Source: Klebsormidium nitens
Lineage: Eukaryota; Plantae; Klebsormidiophyceae
Direction of reading: 5' to 3'
Assembly (NCBI GenBank): GCA_000708835.1
Contig: DF237344.1
Location: forward strand, 22,648-86,647
Length of the DNA stretch: 64,000 nt
Both the position numbers and the translations under genes were made by a program. The notes below the pieces were generated by a model. It was given only the letters and a program-made list of their open reading frames with translations, was not told the origin of the DNA and did no database searches. Positions 50,030-60,740 of the stretch are shown piece after piece. Within the stretch, counting starts at the first letter, position 1. Each line of letters opens with the position of its first letter.

Positions 50030-53000
50030 TCACGAGTCCGCGCGTGGCGGCAGCATGCCCATGATCTCTAGCTTCCTCCCGATATCTTCCATCAAGTCAT
50101 CGGGCTCTTCGTCGAGCTCCCCGTCCTTCTGGTCCAGCCAACTGGGCGCCTTATACAGCTTGAGGCCTTTCTCTTCAAACTGTTTTGCCATCTCCATATA
50201 CTCGAGCTTCTTCCTCCGCTTCGCCTCTTGCCGCCGCTTCATCTTCTGGTACGTGCCCTGCCGAGACAGCAGGAGCGCCCGCCCCCTGGTCCAGAAATGA
50301 CAGAAATTTTAGAGAATGTTTCTTCTGCTCCTCTTGTCTGTTCCAAGCTTGGCTGGTCGAATAGGTAGCTCCTTAATCAGCTGGTTGATCACGCGAACCT
50401 TATGTAGACAAGAGAAGACGCTTTGGCGAGGGTCGTCTTGTGAAGCCGAGACAAGGACAGGTGAAGTCGCCCATGAAAGCGTGCTCTGCGCTGTGCTGCA
50501 AGGATCTTTTACATGCACAAAGTGGTGGAATCCTCCATCAAAACTTGATCCAGCTCTATAAAGGGTTCCAGCGAGAATTGACAGAGATAACAATCAACCA
50601 GAAGGAAAGTCAGGCAATCTTGAAGACCGAAGCCACCAAACGGAAGATGCGTCATCCTGCTTTCTGCATGCCACCCCCATCTGCTATCCCGACACTTTTC
50701 AGCTACCCAAACCCCTGAGTCACCAGATTAAAGTCCGTCCCCAAATTTCGACCACAACCTCAAACCCGAAACCCGAAACCCGCAAACTTCCCCACCGTCG
50801 GACTGCTTGTTGCATGCCGTCCAGTCCCGTCACCCTCTGCAAGCCGTTCGAACCGAAGTCTAAAACCCAAAACCCCTAAACTCTCAAACCCTCAAATCCT
50901 CGAACCCTCGACCCCTCAGACCCTCAAACATCAAACCCCAAACCCTCAAACGGAAACCCCAAACTCGCCCACCTCTTATGGTACTCGTCCGCCTGCTTCT
51001 TGCGCGCCGCCTGCTCCTTCTGCTCGAAGAACCGCCGCTGCCGCTCCTCGCGCGCGCTCACTTCCTCGGGGACGAGCGGCGCCGTTTTAGGCTGAGCCCA
51101 CCCGGGCACAACCTGCTGCGGACGGCCGGGGGCGGACAGAGGTTCGGACGTCCGGAAAGTGCCCGGGGCAGAGGATTCCGACGTCCGCCGGGCGCCCGGA
51201 GCAGCCTGGTAGAAGCTGCGAGTGGTCACGCTGTCGTCAGCGTCCGCATCTGCAGGAGAGTTCAAAGCTTTATAATATCGTCGGCCACTTCGTTGTCAAA
51301 GATAAACAGGACTCGCTCCGTCATTTTCTTCAAATGTGTAAGGGGGAGATGCAAAGATTTGTGCAGATGTTATGTTCCTGGAAGAAGCCGTTCGAAGGGT
51401 AGTCGTACTTTCAAGGCCTTGTATCGACTGTGCTTCCCACTCTGCTTCAGCGGACTCGGCGTTTTCGCAGCAAAAGCAAAGCGAAGTTCCTGCTCAGAAA
51501 CGACCTGCGAAGTTTTAGAAGCAGGGTTCAACAGCACTGATGTGCTTTGGAGATTCTCTGGTTAACCAAGAGAGGGAACCACTGGTGTCTCAAGTACTCA
51601 GGAAATCTACTCATATTATGACCGCCATATCATTGCTTCAGGATAGGATTTGCTGGCCTCGAGTATGACGAATATCCAACTAGCAGTCCAGCATGAAGTC
51701 GTGGCCAATTAAATTTTGATTCTTCTGACAAAGACCGAAGTCAACTCACTCTGGCCGGTACAATCTTCTCAGACGTCACGTTGAATTCCTAATTTCCGGC
51801 TAGGCAAGCTGAGGAGACATTTACAAACACAGCATTGACTTCTACTGGCTCGCACCGCTGTCACGATACCGCTCACGAAACCAGTGCAGAGACTGCGTGG
51901 CATGTGACAGACGACGAGTCTCCGACCAGACGCAATATAATCTCCTGCTTTGCCGTGTTAACAACTCACCGTTCTCGCTCTTCTCTCCTGCATCTCGCTT
52001 CCCCTGAAACCCCACGTCATCCCCGAACCACTTCGCCTCACGCCGCGCCCACTCGTCCCCCCCCGTGCCGTACCTCCTCTCTGGAACCCCGCGCATCCCC
52101 CCCGTTTTGACAAAGTCTGGGACCTTCCGAACAAACCCTCGGTGCTCAATCCTCTCCGCAAACACCCCCCTCGCCGGAGCAGTTCCCTCGGCAGACGTCC
52201 ACCCCCCTTCCGGAATTACCGGCTTTGGTCTCCGCTTCCGAGACGATTTGGACGGGTCGTCACCGGTTGGGGATACATTTTCGGACAGTCTTTCGGACTC
52301 TTCTGCGAGGATGCTCTCGGCCCCGAGTCCTGCCGCTGTCTCAGAGGCGCCATCCGCCCAACTCTCAGATCGGCTCGGAGTCTCGTTACCTGCTCTTGTG
52401 AAGGATCCTCCAGACAGATCCTCGCCCCGTCTACTTGACTCATCACGATGCTGACGCACAACATTCCGCACCCCGTCTCGCCATGCGCGTGCCGGCATCT
52501 CTGCCGGTGGCTCCTCGTACCCACCCCTCAAGCCGCCCCGAGGCCCTTCAATTTGGTCTTCCCTGAAGTCTCCCCTGAAACCGTCCTTCAACCCGCCTGA
52601 GTTGCTCCACGCCCTCGTACCCTTCCCTCCAGAAACCTGGGGCCGTAGATCAGTCTCTGGCCCACAGATACTGTCCATGATCTCTGCAAGATCATCCCTG
52701 CCCGCAATGCTGTCATTCCGTTCCGTTTTGCTTCCCCCAGAAAATGCTGTACCATCAGACCTCCCCCGCAATTGCTCCTCTCGAAGAGGCTCTCGCGGCG
52801 TCCCCTCTGAATCCCTTCCCTGTACTGACCCCCTCCGCTGGCGCATCACCTCGTCATCCCATGCCGCCTCCCCTTCGCCCCCTCCCTCCCATGAAGACGC
52901 CCCCTCACTCGAAGTTTGCCTAAACCGCTCCTCTCGCCCACCTGAACTCCTTCCCTGGAACCCCCCCCGCGTTGCGCCTTCCCTCCGCCGCAGCGAAGCC

Positions 53001-54455
53001 CCGTCCCATGCCAACCCCCCTCTCCTCCCGTCGTATTCATCCCCGTACGACGCGCTCCCACGTCCGCCCCCACCCCACCAGCTGCGCTCCTGCATGAGCG
53101 CTTCGTCCCTCCGGCGTGCCTCCTCTCTGCTCAGAACTGTCCTCTGCGGCCATTGCGCTGGCTCAGGCCCTGACCGCCTGGCGCTGTCAGACAATCCCGA
53201 CGCCTGTCCTTGAGCGCGTTCCCTGCCCGTCCGCCTTCTCTCTCCAACACGTTCGTTATTATTTCGGGCAAAGGAATCTTCAAACGGCGCGTTTTGGTGC
53301 CGCCCCCGCGAGTGCCCCCCGACTCCTGTGCTGCCCCTGTTCTCAGAAATGCTGCGCGGCTCGTCCCATTCGCGACCCCCGAACTGTATCTTGCGGGGGC
53401 TTGGAGAGGCTGGCCCGTCCCCCGCCCTCGTCTGAGCATCTCGAGCATAGCCAAACGATTTCTTTGAGGTGACCGGGAAATCGTCTTCATCCTCTTCGTC
53501 CTCTGCAGTGACGCGCGAGTTTGTCAACACTGATTCGACTTACTGTAGTGACTGGCAAAAGCGTGTTCTGGGAAGCATCTCTGGATCAATGGAAGGGTCG
53601 TGCTCATATCATAATCAGAATCGACCCCTTGAAACCCAATCTAAGTCGAAACTCCCTGTTTGGATAAGTCAATCAGAGTGAGGGCGCAGCAAGAGGAAAC
53701 GTGACAGCGACCCATAGAATGGTGCCACAATAGCTGTACCAATCATATTGTTATTAAGCATTTCAAGAGTTTGTCAAAAATAACTCCGCAATCGCACCAG
53801 GCCAATCGGCACCGCTCTCCTGACGCTGTTGCACCGCCCTCAGGAGCTCCTCGTACTCCTCGTCCACCGCCGCCAAGTCCGCTTCCGTATACTCCCGCTC
53901 TTCCATCAGCGAGTCTTCAAAGTCTTCCCTCTCTCTAGTTCTCTGCCGTTGGGGTGGATTTCCCCCGCTGGTATCACCCCTGCCCTTTCCACCAAAACGT
54001 GAACGGCCCCCGCTGACATCAGCGGGCTCGTTAGCTTCATCATCTCTGCTGAGCTCATCGTCTCCTGTGTACACCCAGAACTCTTCTTCTTCCTCCTCCT
54101 CTGGTTGCAAACCCTCTCTCGGCCCTCCACTTTGGCCACTTTCAGTAGTTGCTCGGGTTCGTCCATTCCAACGGGGGCTGGACCGGAAGGGCGTAGCTGG
54201 TGTCAGGTGGTGCAAGGTGCCGCGAGCTGATGCTGCTTGACACGACGTGACACGTGGCGCCCTTTCAAATTTGGCGGAGCTTCGAACTAGATGAGAAAAG
54301 TGCAACTGAAAAGGGACTCTGCCGCTTAAGATGTTTAAGGACAGATTATGCAGGTGTAGCTGCTTGAAGGACAGACGCTGGCTAAAAATTTCTCCTTCGA
54401 TGCTCTTCGCTGCAGTCACAGGGGATTTTATTTTCAGCGACATCGTGGACGGCAT
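50030..54455 (-). CDS. Large low-complexity (R/G/E/D/S-rich) protein of unknown function, possibly organelle-targeted; about 907 aa, 4 exons
   Basis: Exons 54455(or 54443)-53798, 53502-51970, 51249-50973 and 50285-50030 are all phase-consistent with strong splice sites. The N-terminus is S/R/L-rich like a transit peptide, and the C-terminus is coiled-coil-like (EERQRRFFEQKEQAARKKQ...KMKRRQEAKRRKKLEY). Confidence 0.72.
50755..50965. repeat. Degenerate telomere-like AAACCC(T/G) repeats in intron 3 of the large gene
   Basis: aaacccgaaacccgaaacccg at ~50762, and an array of aaaccctc/aaaccca/aaccctc variants at ~50861-50965. Confidence 0.7.
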
Positions 54456-54975
54456 CTTGAGGGTTAATCAGCTGACAGTAGAACTTTGAACCACCAATTT
54501 CTTCCAAAGGTTAGGGCTCTACATTGCACAGACACCGAACCAAGTTTCCTTCGTCTTCTCAAGTCCTGCCCTGATCCCCGTATACCTAGCATGTAACGCC
54601 AGCTCCTCCTTCAAGTTCACTGTTCGAAAGTCCTCGTGCGCCTGCATGCCAGGTTGCTCCTTCCAGCAATATCGAACTAGGGCGGGCCGTTGAACGGACT
54701 CCGGTAATGGCTTGGTTACCAGACTTCAGTATCGCTAATGCTTTTCATTGCTTCTCATATGACACGTGGTACTACACTGCAGAAGACTGAAGTCGGCCAA
54801 TTTCCAAAGCTAGTTGACCTGACGAAAACGAAAATTCTTCGAATAAATGATTTCAGCTGGCGCCCTTTGCCAGTGCCATTGGCAGCATTGCACTGTTTTT
54901 TTGGCCATCACGCCAGGATCAAGCCACAATATGTGGCACAATTATTAGGCTGTTCATCCTTGGAAGTAGTGCTTT

Positions 54976-57900
54976 ATGGCGTCTTCGCTGTCAGCTGCTG
55001 CCCAGCCCTGCTGCTTCCTTGAGACTGGAAGCTTCTTGAGCCGGAGTGGAAAGTCAGAAGCAAGACGAGGCAATCTGTTTCCAGCTCACGTAAGCGCTGG
55101 TCTTGGAGCATTCGGTTCTGTAATATCCGCTGAGGGACAGCCTTTTATCAGGCTTCGAGAAGGAAGAGAAGCACGGTTATGGAGATCCTCAAGGAGGGTC
55201 ATCAGAGTAGTTGCTCAAGTTGGTTCTGCTCCTGCAAAGACAGCCACCCCCGCAGAATCAGACCGTTGGTGGTCCTCTGACACAATTGCTGTAGTAACTG
55301 GTGGCAGTAAGTCTAGCATTGGGCTGGAGATTGTGCGGAAACTCAGCAAGGAGGGTGTCAAAATCATTTTCACCTCTAGGAGTGGTAAGTTATTGAACAC
55401 CTTCTTATGATTGCATAGGGCTGTCCGTGCTCAGGCACACAGCACGATATCTCAGGTCGGACGTCGACGATTTGCTAAGATCATCATCCTTTTTCTTTCT
55501 TCATAATTGTTCATGAAGGTCTGTCAATAAGGAACTTTTTTGTGTGCTAGAAGGCAGGGAACTTCATCATGAGGTACCTCTCAGCAGAAAGTTTGCGTCG
55601 TCAACTTGCAGATAAGACGGGCCGTGAGGCTCTGGAGAAGCTGAGGTCAGAGGGCGTTGACTCTGTTGAGTTCCATGAGCTCGACATCACCAATCAGCAG
55701 TCGATTGATGATTTCGCGAGCTGGTTGCAACAGAAGCATGGCGGTCTTGACATTTTGGTGAGTCTTGCCTGAAGTCGTTGTCATACTGGAGAAAATTCAA
55801 CTGACGGACATCGAAGAAAAGTACATCACATTTCATCTGCCAAGCTGCTCGATCGGTCTTTCGTTTGTGTGGATTTTGACTGATAGTAAACGGTGCTGGG
55901 GGGCTTTCATACCAGTCCTGTTGTTGCAACCGCCATCAAGACTACTCATGTGGCAACCTTTCTGTTGCCGCAATGAATCTAGTTGATGAAGGGCGTACTA
56001 CATACATCTTTCTTGGGTGTTCTTATTGGACCAGGGGGGTCGGACTTCATTTTTGGAAGTGCGCACTTTTCAAATGGGATTTGCCTGAGAGACCGACGTT
56101 CACAGGATCATGCGCCTGCACTGCTGGGATCAGAACGTGGCAACTCGAAGCAGGCTAAGAGCTAACCTGAATATAGATCGGGGAATCTCGAAGCAGGTTA
56201 GTAAGAGTAGTAGCGTGCAGTCCCATCAGAAAACTCGAATTAACAGTGAACCACATCCAACATATCGCAGGTCAACAACGCTGGTGTCATGGTCATCTCT
56301 GCTATTGGCCAGCCAGCATCATACGACGTTGTCAAACTCAATTTTGACGTCAACTACTACGGAACCAAGCGGTTAACAGAAAAGCTGTTGCCTCTCCTCA
56401 GAAACAAGTAAGCCGCTCTGAGAGAGGCAGAACCAGGGCAGCACCTTCTTTGGCAGGTTGTCAGCGTGACGTCAGCTTATCCAGCCTTTTAGCGCGGCTG
56501 GTCGAGGTTTGCTCTGCCGAAGTCTTTGCGGAAGTGGAGATTGATTCATGTATTATCCATCGTGTCCCTCACTTCCGTCCGCATCAGCTTGCCAGCGATT
56601 TGCCGCCAAATCGCCCTCTGCGAAAGGATTCTCCCAGACATACTTGTCGTTCTCCAGACAGCTCGGTTCATTCGTTTGAGGTGCAAAATCTGAAAGCGGC
56701 GTTCTCCGAGCATTACTCTGAAGCCCCGACAGCTTCGAGAGTTGATAGTATCCAGAAATCTTGTTGGAGCAGCTTTTGTCAGCAGTCGTCTTGCAACCCT
56801 TCACAGCTCCTGGAGTCACCACATAAGCTGATTTGAGAATCTCAATCAACGCACTCCTAGTTGAAAAGATACACGAAGATCTTTTGAAGAATAAACAATC
56901 TTTTGCAGTCCTGCTGGCGCCCGGGTGGTGAACGTGTGCTCGCGCATGGGTGCTCTTAAAAACATAGGGCCGAAGCTGCAGCCCAGGATTTCCGACCCTG
57001 ACTTGACATTTGAGGACCTCGACGCACTGGTGGCTAAGTATCTAGACGACGTAAGTGTCAAATCTCGTGAAGAGACGGCGTTCGAGAGGTTCTTTTCATG
57101 TACTTGACAATCAGGACGCTTGGTAGCCAGGTTGGGAACACTTGAGAGGGGGATGAGAATTACGTGTCCCAGTGCAAGGCTAACCGGCACAACTTACCAG
57201 CGATGCAAAACCTCTGCAAATTTCGACGGTCGGCTCTAATCGACACAAATAATTCGCGGACGAAAGTCGACGGCTTAACTCGATCAGCACTCAAATCTGT
57301 GACGATCCTTCTGATCAAAGGATAATGTTCAATGCAGTGCCCTAGGTATCTCGGAACTCTCTTGCAACCGCTTTAAGTGCTCCCGTCTTCTTTTTGATCT
57401 TAGCCAACGACGTTCTCTAATCCTTTCAAAAGTTTGTCCCGTTTCAAGCGCTTAACGTTTCCGGGTTGCTTCGCCTTTCATAGGGTTTTGGCGGTTAACC
57501 ATGGTCGGTACGGGCTGGTTAGACGCTGGTTATATGTCCAATGACCACTCTCAGGCAGTTATTGGACCTTCAACATGGTTACAGCCCGGTTATCAATCAA
57601 AGAAGCAAGTTCAATCTTGGTTACTGAGCCTGGTTAACAGCCGAATCCTTCCTGTGTTCCTGTGCAGTTAAAAGCCGGTCGGCCCGTGGACGAGGGATGG
57701 AACAAGAGCGCCTATGCAAACTCCAAGTAAGCCGGCGCTTGACCGGTGTCGGGCAGGGTTTTCACCAATTTGTCTCGTTTTCTCGTGCAACGGGGGTTCA
57801 GAGCTCTGCAAGTCTTTTGATCTGGAATATTGTTCAAGTTGCCGAGCAGTTACAATAGATTTGACAGCAAAATCACTCCTGGTCAGTCTCAGTCTTGTAA

Positions 57901-59644
57901 GCTCTGGTAGACGAAGAGCGGCTGTCTCACTTCCGATACAAAAACTGGCATTTGGCGGACCACGATTACTCTTATCCGCTCAACAGCGTGTGGTCCTAGA
58001 ATTCTGTGCTTGTCCCTGTGTCCGCGTCCGCTTCAGCGCAGCGGAACATGTAACTTGTTTGGTGGAGCTTTTCAAAGATGATTTCGGACTGGCGGCCAAT
58101 TTCCTTTCAGGTTGCCATGCCACTGACAACTGGTGTCGGATTGGCGGCCAGTTCCTTCCTTTGAGGTTGTTAATCAAGCTTGCTTCCCGTCCCAAGATTA
58201 TCTGACAGAACCTTCGGCCTTAACCATCTGATCGGGGTTCGTTTTCCCGTTTCTTGTCCTCGTTTCAACCTGAAACTTAAAAGCTTTTCGAAAAGCCCGA
58301 ATGCCTTTAAGAATCCTAAAACCACTTTACCGACCCACCTTGCAGCAGGTGGCCGTCGCATGATTTCATTAACCGACAGCATCGACTTGTCCCTCACGCA
58401 ACCAGAGCGCGGCACCAAAAGGATCCGGCCGCCGCTGACGTGTTGTTTGGCCCTGCAGGGTCGCGGAGGCTGCGTACACGCGCATCCTGGCGCGCGATAT
58501 TGAGGCGGCCGCGGGAGGCAAACCCGTGTTAGTGAACGCGGTTTGCCCCGGGTTCTGCAGAACCGACCTCGGGAACCCGCACCCGGAGAAGAAAGGTGGG
58601 CAACGATATCTCACTCTTGCTATGATTCAGGAGCCACCGCTTGCTAACATTGATATTGCTCTCTTCGCAGCAAGACACCCAAAGGATTTGACGAAAGAGG
58701 GTCTAAATTCAGGCGAGAGAGTGCGTCCCTATCAAAGTGCCCCGTTTGTTCCTTCGACTTGTTTATCCAGACGCCGTCACCAGAAGGCAATCAGTGATCG
58801 CGGATGCATCTCCTTTAAGTTCCAAAATAACTCTCTGACGGAGTCCGTTGTGTGCGCTTGAGTAAGTGCACCACGACCGAAAGACTGTGCTTTGGGCACA
58901 ACTTTGCGGGTCGTGAGCGTATCGCTTCCAAACGGGAAATTGCTTCAAACCGGGACGCATCAAGTTCTCCCGAATCCCCTAGAATCCTGTCAGCCAACAA
59001 TTGCTTTGCAAGCGCAGGAGATTTCCGAACTGCACTCTCGTTGACATTCTTCCGGACAGCCCGCGATATCGTTGGTGAGCGCGCAAGCTTTTGACCTCAC
59101 AAGCTGATCATTTTCGATCCTTGACTCCGCGTCACTTGCCGTTCTCTCGTCGTATGATTTCGCTGTCACAATATGCTTATTAGCCGGACTGAAGAATGCT
59201 TCATTTGTCCTCATTGGCGAACCCATTTCACATCTTCGCTCGTTCATAGTGCCTGAAACGACGTGTCGCATGAGTCTTCGCGGCTCAGGAGAATTCGCAG
59301 TTTACTCTTTACTTTACCTACATTTCGGATGCAACTCGTTGTTCCGAAGTTTGTGCTGGTCAGGCTCCTTTTATGGTCGCCTCGATGTAAAACCTATCAC
59401 TGTTTCTAAGATTGTCGTCCAGATGGTCGGGAGAATCTTTTCTGTATTTGGATCTGATTTATGCTTTGTGTCTCGATGCCTCGTCTCCGCTTATGCCTCG
59501 TTGCCGCTTATGCCTTCTGCGTCTCGTTGTGTAGCACCTAAGTCAGCGGAGGAGGGCGCCGATACTCCAGCCTGGGTTGCCCTAGCACCGCCAAACAGTG
59601 CGAATGGTGCCTTTTTTAGTGATCGAGAAGATGTGGGCTATTGA
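54976..59644 (+). CDS. Short-chain dehydrogenase/reductase, carbonyl-reductase/menthol-dehydrogenase-like, with a probable plastid transit peptide; about 379 aa or more
   Basis: Exons 54976-55384, 55612-55757, 56271-56407, 56909-57050, 57668-57726, 58459-58595, [possible 58671-58712] and 59535-59644. Motifs: AVVTGG, ELDIT, GGLDILVNNAG, VNYYGTKRLTEKLLPLL, RVVNVCS, YANSK (YxxxK), VNAVCPGFCRTD and SAEEGADTP. Confidence 0.92.
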
Positions 59645-60740
59645 CTGTTGATCAGTCGCATTTGTGTAATCATATACCTTCAAAGTAAAGAAATAAGTTT
59701 GTACAAAGAGCTTTTGTGTAGGATAATAAAACGTTGAACGGGTCGAGGTGTTGTGTTGCAAGCCGGGCTTCCATTGATACTGTCTCCTTGCTGAAACAAC
59801 TGTTATCACGTTCCAGCTTGGCAATTAGTCGATTGGTGAATTCGTCATCTCAGTGCCGTCCGGGGGTGCTCTTGCACTCCATCGAGTAGCAAGGTGATAA
59901 GGAATCTCTTTAGGTGCTGCATCATATGCTAACTAGTTACTATCTGTTATGCAACTTTACTTAGCCGCCCTGCTACAGTTGTCGAGACGGTAGCTCGCAT
60001 GTGCATGTGCAGCCGGCATATGCATTTTAGGTTTCCTGATCAGGATTGGTCATAGATTACCTATCACGTACCATGCAGTAACAGCTCAAATTTGCATGAT
60101 TCAGAATGCCTGCACGTGCATCATGCATGCCGGTCACTCAAGTCTTCTACGGGACTTGATTTCTCAGTCGGCGCCTGATGCAACCGTCCTTTCGCAATCA
60201 GCGCACGGGCCCGCAAGACATACAATGATGGCCGTAATGCAATAGAGGATTGATGATTGAAGGAAGCGAGTAGGCGTCCATAAAATTAAGTCTACCTGGC
60301 AACAGGCCTACCTAGCCAGCTTCATACTTCGCCCGCTACTTCTTCGTCTGGCACGCGCAGTCCTTTGATACAATAATGTCAGTGTACGAGGACCTCTGAT
60401 TCTCCAGAATACGAGCAGACCAATGGGCGTCTCAAGTTCGGCAACCTTTGCACCCGTTCAAGTGCATACTTTACAAATGGAACGCCGACGTGTCGTTGTT
60501 CGCTTCCGAGTTTCTGCTTGAACCTCATTGTCGTTGATGCAATCAACTCACAAAATGTATACAGACTATAGCCATAGCAGTAAGCAGCTAGCCGCCGACA
60601 CACTTGCGAGGTGCGGGCACGCGTTGTATTCTACGCACAATTCAGGGGCCTGTCTCGGACGCAGCATATGCAGAGCGCTCTCCAAGTCATTGCTGGTCAT
60701 TGCCCATATCAATCTTACCAACTCGCGCGGGCCGTTCATA

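Noticed and set aside
54241-54259. ABRE-like TGACACGTGGC near the SDR promoter
   Set aside because: It lies inside the open first exon of the minus-strand gene and is a single copy, so it could be coding coincidence.
59990-60135. Cluster of CATGCA/ATGCAT (RY-like) motifs
   Set aside because: It lies between two convergent 3' ends, where a promoter role is unlikely, and similar motifs are scattered elsewhere in the window.
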